A stretch of 64,000 bases of DNA from Candidatus Gottesmanbacteria bacterium RIFCSPHIGHO2_02_FULL_39_11 (GCA_001779195.1 MFJL01000041.1:16881-80880), one strand, 5' to 3'. Positions 8,895-18,753 are shown, counted from the first letter of the stretch. Numbers and translations are program-made. The notes: generated by a model from the sequence alone, not told the origin.

Positions 8895-9911
8895 ATGGAA
8901 GAACTTAAAAAAAGATTAACTGAACTTACCTCAAAGCTGGATATTCCGGGCAAAAAGAAGAAGGTAGAGGAAATTGAGACTCAGTCCTCAGACCCTGCAT
9001 TTTGGCAGGAGCAGGAAAAGTCAACCCGGATAATGAAGGAATTATCCCGACTTAATAAGCAGATAAAGCAGATTGAAAACTTAGAAATTTTGATCGAACT
9101 CGGAGATTTTAAGGAAGCAGAGAGCCAGATAGGACAACTTGAATTTGATCTCTATTTCTCAGGACCCCATGATGAACTCGGATGTATTCTCTCCATCCAT
9201 GCAGGTCAGGGAGGGACTGAAGCTATGGACTGGGCATCCATGCTTTTTCGCATGTATCTGAGATTTTGTGAGATACAGGGATGGAAGTATGAAATGGTTG
9301 ATGAAGTCGCGGGCGATGAGGCGGGAATTAAAAGTGCTGTTTTATCAATTGACGAGCCTTTGGCATATGGGTATTTAAAGGCGGAAAGGGGAGTGCACCG
9401 TCTCGTCCGTCAGTCACCTTTTAATGCAGATAAGCTTCGCCAAACTTCTTTTGCACTTATCGAGGTTTTGCCTATTTTTGAAGATACGGAAGAAGTTGAA
9501 ATAAAAGACGGAGATGTGGAATGGGAGTTTTTCAGAAGCGGGGGAAAAGGAGGACAGAATGTAAATAAAGTAGCAACGGCGGTTCGCCTTAAACATAAAG
9601 CAACCGGGCTAATTGTTGAGTGTCAGGAGCAAAGATATCAGGGGCAAAATAGAGAGACAGCACTGAAAATTCTGCGGGGGAAACTATGGCAGATGATGGA
9701 AGAGCAAAAAGTAAAAGATATATCGGAGTTAAAAGGAGAGCATAAAATGGCTTCCTGGGGGAATCAGATCCGCTCTTATGTACTCCACCCCTATCATTTG
9801 GTAAAAGATTTAAGAACGGGTTATGAGACAAGCGATACGAAGTCGGTCTTAGACGGTAACATTGAACCGTTTATCCTTGCCTACTTGAAAAAATTTTCAT
9901 CCGGCGTATAG
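8895..9911 (+). CDS. prfB: peptide chain release factor 2
   Basis: SPF tripeptide (QSPFNAD), GGQ motif (GGKGGQNVNKVATAVRL) and EQRYQGQNRE. One continuous ORF with no +1 frameshift site. Confidence 0.9.
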   Translation: MEELKKRLTELTSKLDIPGKKKKVEEIETQSSDPAFWQEQEKSTRIMKELSRLNKQIKQIENLEILIELGDFKEAESQIGQLEFDLYFSGPHDELGCILSIHAGQGGTEAMDWASMLFRMYLRFCEIQGWKYEMVDEVAGDEAGIKSAVLSIDEPLAYGYLKAERGVHRLVRQSPFNADKLRQTSFALIEVLPIFEDTEEVEIKDGDVEWEFFRSGGKGGQNVNKVATAVRLKHKATGLIVECQEQRYQGQNRETALKILRGKLWQMMEEQKVKDISELKGEHKMASWGNQIRSYVLHPYHLVKDLRTGYETSDTKSVLDGNIEPFILAYLKKFSSGV

Positions 9912-9919
9912 TTATAGGT

Positions 9920-10399
9920 ATGGAAAATAACCGTCAAAAAACATCAGTTAACCACCCCGCTGACGAGGAAAAAATGCTTCACGATCTGGAAAGCAGGAAA
10001 AATCCCGGAAAACAGGTGCTACTTGGAATTATTTTAATTGTTGTGGTGGGAATCGGAAGCGGATATGCCCTTTTTAAAGTAGTCGGAGCAAATAACTTAG
10101 AGAGCGGTATTTCCGGAAGTGCTTCCTCAGGATCAGTCAAAAAAGTGGTAGTGGGGGCAAAAGATCCCAGCAGTTTAAAAGACAGTGCACAAGGCGAGCT
10201 TCAAGAGGGAGGGATTGACGGAGAGGGCACTCATAAACTTCTTCGTCCCGGAGGAGAAAGTCAAACGGTCTATTTAAATTCATCAACACTTGATCTAACT
10301 CCCTTTGTAGGTAAAAAGGTCAAAGTATACGGTGAGACATTTGCAGGCAAAAAAGCAGGATGGCTTATGGATGTCGGTAAAGTAGAAGTTTTGCAATAA
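9920..10399 (+). CDS. hypothetical membrane-anchored protein (one N-terminal TM, Gly/Ser-rich linker, small C-terminal domain)
   Basis: ORF with a hydrophobic segment LLGIILIVVVGIGSGYALF. No recognisable family. Confidence 0.4.
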   Translation: MENNRQKTSVNHPADEEKMLHDLESRKNPGKQVLLGIILIVVVGIGSGYALFKVVGANNLESGISGSASSGSVKKVVVGAKDPSSLKDSAQGELQEGGIDGEGTHKLLRPGGESQTVYLNSSTLDLTPFVGKKVKVYGETFAGKKAGWLMDVGKVEVLQ

Positions 10400-10427
10400 T
10401 AAATTTTTTCCCTCAAAAATACGCGTT

Positions 10428-11105
10428 ATGATTCGTTTTGTTGGTATTTCAAAAACATATCCAAGCGGCAACATTGCTTTAAAAGATATTAACCTTTCAA
10501 TTGCGGACGGAGAATTTGTTTTTTTGATCGGATCATCCGGGGCCGGTAAGACAACCTTGCTTCGACTTTTAGACCGGGAACTTGCTCCTACCTCGGGGCA
10601 TGTGTATATAGATGATGTCAATATTTCATCACTTTCTAAGAATCGGGTGTATGAGTTTAGACGGAAGATGGGATTTGTGTTTCAGGACTTTAAACTTCTT
10701 TCCGACCGGACTGCTGCTGAAAATATAGGAGTGGTCCTTGAGATTATGGGCAGGAATAGGGGCGAGATTGAAAAAAAAGTAAAAGAAACGCTTCAATTTG
10801 TAGGTCTGACTGATAAAATGGATTATTTTCCGGTACAGTTATCTTTAGGTGAACAGCAGAGAGTAGCAATAGCCCGGGCAATTATAGGAGGAGCCAAAAT
10901 TTTACTTACGGATGAGCCTACCGGAAATCTGGACCCTAAAACATCTTGGGAAATTCTTAAGATTATCTCTGATATAAATAAATCTGGGACAACGGTTATA
11001 ATGGCAACCCATAACGCAGATATTGTAAACAGCATGAGAAAACGGGTCATCACCCTTAAAAAAGGTGAAGTTATAAAAGATGAAAAGAAAAGCAGATACG
11101 GGTAA
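10428..11105 (+). CDS. ftsE: cell division ATP-binding protein FtsE
   Basis: Walker A GSSGAGKTT, ABC signature LSLGEQQRVAIARA, Walker B LLTDEPTGNLD. Immediately upstream of ftsX. Confidence 0.9.
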   Translation: MIRFVGISKTYPSGNIALKDINLSIADGEFVFLIGSSGAGKTTLLRLLDRELAPTSGHVYIDDVNISSLSKNRVYEFRRKMGFVFQDFKLLSDRTAAENIGVVLEIMGRNRGEIEKKVKETLQFVGLTDKMDYFPVQLSLGEQQRVAIARAIIGGAKILLTDEPTGNLDPKTSWEILKIISDINKSGTTVIMATHNADIVNSMRKRVITLKKGEVIKDEKKSRYG

Positions 11106-11108
11106 CCT

Positions 11109-12017
11109 ATGACATCATCAGTTTCTTTTTTTAAGAGAATCAGGCGTACTCCATATCAGGCTTTGGCTGCTATTTTTATGATTTTTGTGACCCTTCTTGT
11201 GACCGGCGTATTTATTGTACTTGCGCTAGGATCCTCATCTCTTATTTCTTATTTTGAATCCAAACCTCAACTGACAGTATTTTTTAAAGATGAGAAAGAT
11301 AAGGAAAGCATAGACAGTCTTACTCAAAAGCTTAAAAATACGCAAAAAGTATCCACTGTACAATTTATTTCAAAAGAACAGGCGCTTGAAGTATATAAAG
11401 AACAGAATAAGAACGACCCTTTGCTTCTTGAGATGGTGACGGCGGAGATACTGCCTGCATCTTTGGAAATTTCGGCAACCAGCCCTGAATATTTAAGTGA
11501 ATTAAATGACATGGTAAAAAAAGAACCGGGAGTAGATGATGTCGTTTTTCAAAAAGATGTAGTCGATACTCTCATCACATGGACAACTATTCTTCGGAAA
11601 GTTGGAATTGTATTTATCATTTTTCTTCTTGTTGCAACACTTTTTATACTCCTGACAACAATCGGAATGAAAATTGCTTTGAGAAAAGAGGAAATCGAAG
11701 TTTTAAATCTAATTGGGGCTAGCAACTGGTATATAAGAAAACCTTTTATCAAAGAAGGACTTGTGTACGGACTGGGAGGAAGTATCGGTGCGTCTTTGGT
11801 AATCACCCTTTTTCTTCTCTATTTTGAGCCTTTTGCACAGTCTTTTTTAAGAGGCATACCGGATCTGACACTATTTAAATTAAACGAAGTCACGGTTTCC
11901 ATATGGCCTCCTAATATGTATTTTTATATTTTAATTTGGGCAGTAATCATGATAAGCGGAATGGTCATCGGTCTTTTGGGAAGCAGTATCGCATTGTCGA
12001 GGTATCTAAAAGACTAA
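11109..12017 (+). CDS. ftsX: cell division permease FtsX
   Basis: N-terminal TM, periplasmic domain, three C-terminal TM helices. Sits directly after ftsE. Confidence 0.85.
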   Translation: MTSSVSFFKRIRRTPYQALAAIFMIFVTLLVTGVFIVLALGSSSLISYFESKPQLTVFFKDEKDKESIDSLTQKLKNTQKVSTVQFISKEQALEVYKEQNKNDPLLLEMVTAEILPASLEISATSPEYLSELNDMVKKEPGVDDVVFQKDVVDTLITWTTILRKVGIVFIIFLLVATLFILLTTIGMKIALRKEEIEVLNLIGASNWYIRKPFIKEGLVYGLGGSIGASLVITLFLLYFEPFAQSFLRGIPDLTLFKLNEVTVSIWPPNMYFYILIWAVIMISGMVIGLLGSSIALSRYLKD

Positions 12018-12166
12018 ATCCGAAATAACTATTTAAATCCGAAACTCGAGATCCGATGCGAATTATAAATCTTAAATTTTAATATAGTTTCGAATTTCGT
12101 TTACCCTGGAAATTTCTTAAGAAATTTTCATGGGATATTCGAATTTAGAATTTTTTTACTGTATGT
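12018..12166. repeat. AT-rich intergenic repeat element containing AAATCCGAAA / TTTCGAATTTCG motifs. Related copy at 25320-25438.
   Basis: Shared strings AAATCCGAAAC, TTAA(A)TTTTAAT and GTTTCG(T/A)ATTT in both intergenic regions. Confidence 0.45.
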
Positions 12167-13378
12167 ATGAAGTCAATAAGATCCCTGCTTTTAAGCATAT
12201 TATTTATAATTTTTCTTCTCACCCCCGCTTATGTAATTTCTGCTTCCTGTCCGACAGATGATCCGTGTCGAGATCTTGGAAGCGCCTTTGAAAAAGTCTC
12301 CTGTTATACAGATACGGTCAATCGGTGTGCCAACGAACGGGAGAGTATGCAGGCGCAGATTGTGTATCTCTCAACCCGGATTGAACTTACTAAATCAAAA
12401 ATTGATTCCGCCAAACAAAAAGTAGAACAGCTTGAAAAAGAGATAACAACACTGGATGGCAAGATAACCAATCTTGAAAACTCTCTGACGAAAACTACCA
12501 ACCTTTTTATAGACAGAACCGCCGCCTCCTATAAATACGGAGGGGTGTCCTACCTCAGCTTAATTCTTTCGACACAAAAATTTTCTGATTTTTTTAATAG
12601 ATTCAAATATATTCAAACGGTCCAGACACATGACAGGCAAATCCTTTTTCAACTCCAAAACAGTAAAGAGAACTTTAAAGAACAGAAAACCCTGCGGGAA
12701 GAAAAAAAAGTTGAATTGGAACAAACTCAGGCACAACTCGTAAAAGACCAGGCAACCTTAGATCTGCAAAAAAGAGATAAAGAAGTTTTTCTCTCCGTCA
12801 CTAAAAATAGTGAGAAAATTTATCGTCAGAATCTGGAGGCAGCAGCGCGTGAAGCGGCTACCATTCAACAGGCAGCTTCTATATTATCAGCTGCCGGAGT
12901 ACCTAAGAAAGTTTCAAAAGGAGATGTGATTGGGCTTATGGGTAATACCGGGTTTTCAACCGGATCGCATCTGCACTTTTCCGTATATAATTTAAATGAA
13001 TCAGACCTGAATAAATTTAATTTTGATGTGGGATATGAAAATCCCTTTAATTTACTGACGTCCCGGGATATGCCGTTTAACAAAAACTCCTGTGATGATG
13101 TAGGCAACGATCTGACAAAAAATATAGGTTCCGGATCCTGGGAGTGGCCGATGGCAAACCCCAAAATTTCTCAATGTTTCGGACATACTCCTTTTTCCTC
13201 AGCCTATTATAAATCAGGGATTCATAACGGGGTTGATATGTATGATGATAAAAATTTAGCGATTAAAGCAGTTGATGAAGGGAATGCATATTTTTACCGG
13301 GGAGGGCAAAGTAAAGGAAACGGAGTATTTATTTTTCATGGTAACGGGAAGATGACTCTATATTGGCATCTGCAGTGA
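12167..13378 (+). CDS. M23 family metallopeptidase with an N-terminal coiled coil (EnvC-like)
   Basis: Long coiled-coil region (QLEKEITTLDGKITNLEN...). M23 motifs GNTGFSTGSHLHFSVY and HNGVDM. Follows ftsEX. Confidence 0.8.
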   Translation: MKSIRSLLLSILFIIFLLTPAYVISASCPTDDPCRDLGSAFEKVSCYTDTVNRCANERESMQAQIVYLSTRIELTKSKIDSAKQKVEQLEKEITTLDGKITNLENSLTKTTNLFIDRTAASYKYGGVSYLSLILSTQKFSDFFNRFKYIQTVQTHDRQILFQLQNSKENFKEQKTLREEKKVELEQTQAQLVKDQATLDLQKRDKEVFLSVTKNSEKIYRQNLEAAAREAATIQQAASILSAAGVPKKVSKGDVIGLMGNTGFSTGSHLHFSVYNLNESDLNKFNFDVGYENPFNLLTSRDMPFNKNSCDDVGNDLTKNIGSGSWEWPMANPKISQCFGHTPFSSAYYKSGIHNGVDMYDDKNLAIKAVDEGNAYFYRGGQSKGNGVFIFHGNGKMTLYWHLQ

Positions 13379-13403
13379 AATTTCACAATTTAACAATTTT
13401 ACA

Positions 13404-14261
13404 ATGATACAATTAAAATTCATTAAAAGAATTTTTGTTTTATTTTTATTAATTTTTTTTACACAGTATTCTTCAGTTTCTGCAGCGCCGTCCTCCATAA
13501 CTCTTTCTGATTTTTCGCCAAGCAGTATTACTGATGCCAATCAGGAAGTAAGTGTAAAAGTAAATCTATCAATTAATTCAGATGATGGGACGGTGTACTA
13601 TTTTCAGGGAGTTTTTTCAAAAGATAATACGATCAATTATTGCGGGTATACCTGGAATGGAACTGACTGGTTTTCCGGTCCCTCAACGGATGAAAGATGG
13701 AAGGAGTTTCTTTCCGTGACCATTTCCTCATCCTCAGCAACCACAACACTCAAGGCAAAGCTTGATACATCAGATTCCGGATGCAGGGAATCCGGAAGTT
13801 ATAAATTTAAAGTTCGAAGATTTACTGCAGGCGGTTCGCCTAATTTCGATGATCAAAATATTCAAACGGTGTCTGTTACGCTTCCTACTCTTACTCCTAC
13901 TCCTAACCCTACCAATACTCCCGCTCCTACGTCCTCTCCTTCCTTAACTCCGAATCCTACAAATACTCCTAAGGTACCCACAAATACTCCTAAACCTACC
14001 GTGAAAATATTACCCACGTCCCGCCCAACTATTTATTCAGATGGGGAAGGATTGGATAAGAGCTCAAGCTCAAGCTCTGAAGAGTTAAAAAGCGATACAA
14101 AAGTATTGGGAGAATCAACTAAGAATGATGAAAATGGATCAGGTTTATCAAAAAGCTCTCCTTATTTTTTCGTGTGGATTTTGATAGGACTCGGGACTGT
14201 ATGTTTTGCAGTCAGCGGGATCAGTATTTATAAGACGGTGAAGAAAGAGAAAAAGATATAG
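13404..14261 (+). CDS. secreted, cell-surface-anchored protein with a Pro/Thr-rich linker and a C-terminal TM helix plus basic tail
   Basis: Signal peptide. PTPNPTNTPAPT repeats. C-terminal FFVWILIGLGTVCFAVSGISIY followed by KTVKKEKKI. Confidence 0.55.
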   Translation: MIQLKFIKRIFVLFLLIFFTQYSSVSAAPSSITLSDFSPSSITDANQEVSVKVNLSINSDDGTVYYFQGVFSKDNTINYCGYTWNGTDWFSGPSTDERWKEFLSVTISSSSATTTLKAKLDTSDSGCRESGSYKFKVRRFTAGGSPNFDDQNIQTVSVTLPTLTPTPNPTNTPAPTSSPSLTPNPTNTPKVPTNTPKPTVKILPTSRPTIYSDGEGLDKSSSSSSEELKSDTKVLGESTKNDENGSGLSKSSPYFFVWILIGLGTVCFAVSGISIYKTVKKEKKI

Positions 14262-14306
14262 ATTGATATTGTTATCCTGACATGATAGGCTAAAACCTTA
14301 AATCTT

Positions 14307-14753
14307 ATGAAAACGATACTAACCGAAACAGCAGGCCAGACCCGAAAATTAGGGGTAAAAATAGGGGAGTCGATAAAGGGGGGAGAGGTGATTTTACTTT
14401 TCGGGCCCTTGGGAAGCGGAAAAACTACATTTGCGGGAGGTCTTGTCACATACCTTAGCGGAATAAAACGAGTCCTCTCCCCTACATATAATATTGTGCG
14501 ACAATATAATCCTAAAAATAACAACTCACTTCTTAGCCATATTTTTCATCTGGATTTATACCGGATCGACTCCCCTTCCCAAGTTCTCAATTTGGGAATA
14601 TGGGATTTATTAGGTCAAAAAAATATACTTATCGTTATTGAGTGGCCTGAGATTATCATTGATTTATTGCCCAAGAGAAGGATTGATATTAAGTTTAAAA
14701 CGATTGATGACGGAAAAAGAGAGATTAAAATTGAAGACTACCAAATTAAATAA
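14307..14753 (+). CDS. tsaE: tRNA threonylcarbamoyladenosine biosynthesis protein TsaE
   Basis: P-loop GPLGSGKTTF followed by SPTYNIV, the TsaE/YjeE SPT motif. Confidence 0.8.
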   Translation: MKTILTETAGQTRKLGVKIGESIKGGEVILLFGPLGSGKTTFAGGLVTYLSGIKRVLSPTYNIVRQYNPKNNNSLLSHIFHLDLYRIDSPSQVLNLGIWDLLGQKNILIVIEWPEIIIDLLPKRRIDIKFKTIDDGKREIKIEDYQIK

Positions 14754-14788
14754 AATGCGGACCGAGTTATAAACTCGCTCCGGCAAAA

Positions 14789-14869
14789 ATTTGTCATCCT
14801 GAGCTAAAGCGAAGGATCCCGTTGGCTCTACTTAAACCGATCGGGATTCTTCACTTCGTTCAGAATGAC
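14789..14869. repeat. palindromic intergenic element of the TTTGTCATCCTGAG...GAATGAC family (MITE/REP-like)
   Basis: TTTGTCATCCTGAGCTAAAGCGAAGGATCCCG ... CGGGATTCTTCACTTCGTTCAGAATGAC forms an imperfect long hairpin. The core is near-identical to the copy at 56733-56768. Confidence 0.6.
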
Positions 14870-14886
14870 GCATGCGAGTTTAAGTT

Positions 14887-15225
14887 ATGAACCTTCATAT
14901 TGACACTACACACCATAATGGAATTTTTATAAAAGTCTCAGATTCTGAAAAAGAATATTCCTTAAAAAAAGAAACAACGTCATGGGCTTCTCAGATACTT
15001 CTTCCCGCAATTGAGGAGTTGTTAAAAGCTCACTGTTTAACTTTTAAGGATATTTCATCCGTTACAGTTGGAACCGGACCGGGATCATATACGGGAATTA
15101 GAGTCGGAATTGCAGTTGCCCAGACGATTGCCTGGATATTGGATATTCCCTTAAACGGAAAGAAAAATAATACAGTTTCTCCTGTGTATGGAGAGAATGA
15201 TAAGTTTGGAGAGTTAAATGGTTAA
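14887..15225 (+). CDS. tsaB: tRNA threonylcarbamoyladenosine biosynthesis protein TsaB (short form, 112 aa)
   Basis: VGTGPGSYTGIRVGIAVAQ matches the TsaB/YeaZ GPGSFTGxRIG motif. Truncated relative to the roughly 220 aa homologs. Confidence 0.65.
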   Translation: MNLHIDTTHHNGIFIKVSDSEKEYSLKKETTSWASQILLPAIEELLKAHCLTFKDISSVTVGTGPGSYTGIRVGIAVAQTIAWILDIPLNGKKNNTVSPVYGENDKFGELNG

Positions 15226-15237
15226 ATTGTTTTATTG

Positions 15238-16752
15238 TTATATGGTTGGAATATGCGGTCCGATCAGAGAAGAAGATTTTCTTTTAAAAATAGCACTGAC
15301 TCGGTCTTCATACAGCAGTTCCCATCTGTTTTCGTTTACTAATGCCAACATTCTTTTGTAGATAGGTTTATGTGTAGAAATGTAAACTGTATCATAGGGG
15401 GATTTATTAATATCCAGAATGTTCTGTTCCAGATAAAAATTATTTTCAAATGCGCTGTAGTCTTTATTATCTCTCCAGAAGGACATGCGTCCGTCAACTG
15501 AGGGTTTAATCTTGGGATAATTCCATATAAGCCATCCTCCCCAGTCATAAAAAGTATAGAGATTTTTATACGGAACTTTTTTTAAAAATTCAGCCGATGC
15601 AAATGAACAGCTTGTATATCTGCAGTAATTTTCCCAACTTAAATTTCTTATTCCATAGGGAGTTACTAGTTTTAGATAAAGTGAGTAGATAATAATTCCA
15701 GAAAAAACAAGAAAGTAAATGATTTTTATGGTTTTTTGTGAAATGACGGAGATAATATTATCCAGATATTTAATAATGGGAATGGATAATAAAAGAAGAG
15801 TCCATGTATATCTGCGGGCGCTAAATGAGAGGAAAAATATTAAAACAAGGGGTAGGATTTCAGGAAGATACTCTCTGAGTTTTTTATTCTTAAAAAGAAT
15901 AAAAATGGAAACTCCTATATAAAGCCCCCAGGAGAGAAGCCTCCACCAATAGATAGTATAGGCATCAAATGAGGTCCACTCGACGATATATTGAGAAAGA
16001 GGATTTCCGAAGTGGTGAAGGGCTTCTCCGTAGATAGATATTCCGAAGGGATTTATGAGAGTTACAAATACTGAAACTAATAACGCAAGTAAAGGTAATA
16101 AGTAATAAAAAATTTTGTGTTTAATATTGGAAAAATATGAAGATGCTGAAACTAGTTCAGCATGACGAGGCAGTAAATTAATTACCAGATAAAATATAGA
16201 CCAAAGAAAGAAAAGTCCTAGTCCTTGGATAAATCCTCCGTGAAAGTTGACCCAAATAAGGAAAAGAAGCGGGAGGAAAAAAAGATATTTGACACTCCCC
16301 TTTTTAAATTTGCTGAAAATTAAATAGGCACAGCAGGTAAACATCAGAGTGACCAGTTGCGCGCGGAATGAGACTTTATTAAGAAGCTCCATAAAGTAGA
16401 GAGTAAGAGGAAAGAGAAAACTCTTTTGCCACCAGGTAAGGGATGCCGATTTTGATATAAAAAAAAGCGTTCCCACAACCGTTAGTGCTCCCAAGAGGGA
16501 AACTCCTAAAAATCCAAGATCGCGATATGCAAAATATGTCACACTATCTGAAAGCCAGGAGTGGTTTATCCAATGATAAGAATTCATTTCAGAGGAAAAA
16601 ATATTGTCTCTTAATATTTTTCCGTGAGTAAAGAAGTATTCTCCGTACTTTAAGTGCCACCCCAGATCAGAATCTATAGGCTGATAGAGAGAAAAAAGAA
16701 AGACAGAAATGTAGGGGAGAATATTAAGAATAATAGGGAAAAGCCGTTTCAT
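15238..16752 (-). CDS. polytopic integral membrane protein, GT-C-like putative glycosyltransferase
   Basis: 504 aa with more than 10 predicted TM helices. Loop-1 acidic motif DSDLGWHLKYGEYF. Hydrophilic C-terminal domain. Confidence 0.45.
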   Translation of the reverse strand: MKRLFPIILNILPYISVFLFSLYQPIDSDLGWHLKYGEYFFTHGKILRDNIFSSEMNSYHWINHSWLSDSVTYFAYRDLGFLGVSLLGALTVVGTLFFISKSASLTWWQKSFLFPLTLYFMELLNKVSFRAQLVTLMFTCCAYLIFSKFKKGSVKYLFFLPLLFLIWVNFHGGFIQGLGLFFLWSIFYLVINLLPRHAELVSASSYFSNIKHKIFYYLLPLLALLVSVFVTLINPFGISIYGEALHHFGNPLSQYIVEWTSFDAYTIYWWRLLSWGLYIGVSIFILFKNKKLREYLPEILPLVLIFFLSFSARRYTWTLLLLSIPIIKYLDNIISVISQKTIKIIYFLVFSGIIIYSLYLKLVTPYGIRNLSWENYCRYTSCSFASAEFLKKVPYKNLYTFYDWGGWLIWNYPKIKPSVDGRMSFWRDNKDYSAFENNFYLEQNILDINKSPYDTVYISTHKPIYKRMLALVNENRWELLYEDRVSAIFKRKSSSLIGPHIPTI

Positions 16753-16864
16753 GGAAAGAGAGTATACAGGAAAAAATCCTAAAGTCCAAAGTATGTTTTA
16801 TAACTGCCTCTTGACACACGGTTAAAAAAATTCCTATAGTGATATAGATCATTAATAATTTCAT

Positions 16865-16917
16865 TTGCTGGCCGCAACCGGAGGCAATCACCTAAATAAA
16901 GGGATTGCTTTTTTTAT
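16865..16917 (+). ncRNA. conserved box TTGCTGGCCGCAACCGGAGGCAATC plus hairpin and U-tract. Candidate small RNA 3' end or attenuator. Paralogous to 19008-19070.
   Basis: About 25 nt shared with 19015-19040. Followed by the GCAATC...GATTGC stem and TTTTTTT. No upstream plus-strand gene, so it is not an ordinary gene terminator. Confidence 0.3.
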
Positions 16918-17215
16918 AAGTTTTTTGTGATTCATCTGCCCGATGAAGTTTTGTTGTCGACTATTGAATTTATAATGAAAATCTGCCCACTGCCCAATTC
17001 TGGCACTTTAGCCTTTTTTAAAAGGGAGAGTGTCTTTTTTTGTGCAGATCTTGTCGAGCTTGCGAGACATAGAGATGCATACCCTGAAAATTTTTTTAAA
17101 TTGCAAAGCAATTTGGAAAAATTTACACAGTAAATTTTTAAAAAATTTTTAGGGTAAGAAATACTGAGACTCACTTTGTTCGTCAAGTATTTCTAACGAA
17201 AGGAGGTGAAAATTT

Positions 17216-17815
17216 ATGAAAAAAAATATATTAGGAGTTATGTTGGGTACCGGTATGCTTTTTGTTTCTGTTCTTCCTGTATTTGCAGCAACTGACAGTT
17301 TCAACATAGCAACCGGATATCGCAGTACTAATAAAAGTAGGATTTTGAATAAAACCACAGCCGATGTTGATGTATTTAATCATGCACATGTGACAAATAA
17401 CATCACAACCAAAAGTGAGAGTGGTAAGAATGATCAAAATTACAACACGTTAGTTTTAGGAACCGGAATTGTTACAGATCCTGCGAGTTCTTCCACAACT
17501 CTAACCAATGGAGTCAATTCTACAGGAGTTTTGGTTGATCAAACCTCTCCTGAGTGCGGATGTGATTTATCTGCCGGAAATAGTTTAACCGGAGCTAAAT
17601 CTCACAATTATGCCAGTGTGAAAAATATTAAAGACGCGGATGTCACTGTTATAAACAGCGCATACGTTTCAAATACAGTATACACTGCTTCTGACACAGG
17701 ACATAACGACTCAAACGGCAATACAGTTGGCGGCAGTATCTCAACAGGCACAGCAACCTCAAGGACAAATGTGACAAATGATGTAAATACGACAACTGTT
17801 GTTGTAGCTCAATAA
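17216..17815 (+). CDS. secreted Asn/Thr/Gly-rich repeat protein (paralog family A, short member)
   Basis: Signal peptide. Repeat units such as TGHNDSNGNTVGGSISTGTATSRTNVTNDVNTTTVVV. Leader TTCTAACGAAAGGAGGTGAAAAT is identical to the one upstream of 19188. Confidence 0.7.
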   Translation: MKKNILGVMLGTGMLFVSVLPVFAATDSFNIATGYRSTNKSRILNKTTADVDVFNHAHVTNNITTKSESGKNDQNYNTLVLGTGIVTDPASSSTTLTNGVNSTGVLVDQTSPECGCDLSAGNSLTGAKSHNYASVKNIKDADVTVINSAYVSNTVYTASDTGHNDSNGNTVGGSISTGTATSRTNVTNDVNTTTVVVAQ

Positions 17816-17847
17816 TTCGTTTCATCAAGAAAGAAACGGGTTACAAA

Positions 17848-17881
17848 AAGGCGTGAGTATAAAAAACTTACGCCTTTTTTG
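17848..17881 (+). terminator. rho-independent terminator after the 17216 gene
   Basis: AAGGCGTGAGT-ATAAAAA-ACTTACGCCTT stem-loop followed by TTTTTT. Confidence 0.6.
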
Positions 17882-17992
17882 CGGCTAATATGCTCCGTAT
17901 GAATTAATTGATATAGTTTGTTATCTTGACATACATTAATTAGGATTGTAATATCGCTGTCACATTCATGAGTATTAATTAGCGCATTATAT

Positions 17993-18637
17993 ATGGATAA
18001 AAACGCAGCCGAAAATGATTTAAATTCTACTGGTGTTAATATAACCAAACCTGTGCACAAAAGAAGACTCTCTTTATTTTTAAAGGCATATAAAAAATTT
18101 TTAATAGTAATTGTTATAGTAATAATAGGACTATTTCTTATTTCAAAAATTTCAACCCCCAAAAATTCCACCAATTCACCTTCTTCTGTTCGTTCGGTTA
18201 CTACAAGAGTTGATAGAAGCTATGACTTTAGTGCATTAAATAATCAGGGGAAGCCAATTCCGACGACTACTGCGAGTCCCAGCCGGATAAAGCTCACCAT
18301 TACCAATGCTGAAAAAACAAGCCAGGTGCTGGTAGGTGATAAAACATTCAGCGCTAAAAACAATAAATTGTTTTTAATTCTAAATTTGGAACTTAGAAAC
18401 GACAGAGCAACTCCTGCAAATATCATTCCGGGCGATCTTATTCGTATGACATACGGAGGTGATGAGAGCCGCAAATTTGCGCCTGACCTTCATAATAATT
18501 TGGTGCCTGTGGCTGCTATATCAACCAAAATTGATCGGGTGGGTTTTGTAGTACCGGATAATGAAAAGATGTTTAAAATATACATAGGAGAATTGGAAGG
18601 AAAGAAAGATATTGTCACAATAGCATTTGGGTCTTGA
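17993..18637 (+). CDS. hypothetical membrane-anchored protein (N-terminal TM, extracytoplasmic domain)
   Basis: ORF with the TM segment FLIVIVIVIIGLFLI. No family recognised. Confidence 0.4.
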   Translation: MDKNAAENDLNSTGVNITKPVHKRRLSLFLKAYKKFLIVIVIVIIGLFLISKISTPKNSTNSPSSVRSVTTRVDRSYDFSALNNQGKPIPTTTASPSRIKLTITNAEKTSQVLVGDKTFSAKNNKLFLILNLELRNDRATPANIIPGDLIRMTYGGDESRKFAPDLHNNLVPVAAISTKIDRVGFVVPDNEKMFKIYIGELEGKKDIVTIAFGS

Positions 18638-18753
18638 CAATATATTTTAAAATTAGTTATAGTGAAATGAGACTGCCTCGTTTTGTTTATGCGTTAACTT
18701 CTGCCCCCGCATAAATTAATCATATTTTCTGTCCAAATTTATATTTAAAATAT

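Noticed and set aside
8895-8980. Expected prfB +1 frameshift site
   Set aside because: Looked for and not found. The ORF is continuous, so it is annotated as a single CDS (see the low-interest finding).
10295-10621. 108-aa minus-strand ORF overlapping the end of the 9920 gene and the start of ftsE
   Set aside because: It lies antisense to a strongly supported ftsE with conserved Walker motifs. It has no family signature and is most likely a spurious ORF.
13762-13947. 61-aa ORF rich in Leu (LLRFLLLLLLLTLPILPLLRPLLP)
   Set aside because: It is the +1 frame of the Pro/Thr-rich linker (PTPNPTNTPAPT) of the 13404-14261 surface protein. It is a compositional artefact of the CCT/ACT repeats and not a gene.
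16927-17358. Three 68-84 aa ORFs in the 460 bp gap upstream of the first repeat-protein gene
   Set aside because: They overlap one another on both strands. They have no SD sequences or family features and no coding-like periodicity. The gap is better explained by the conserved RNA-like box and by promoter or leader sequence.
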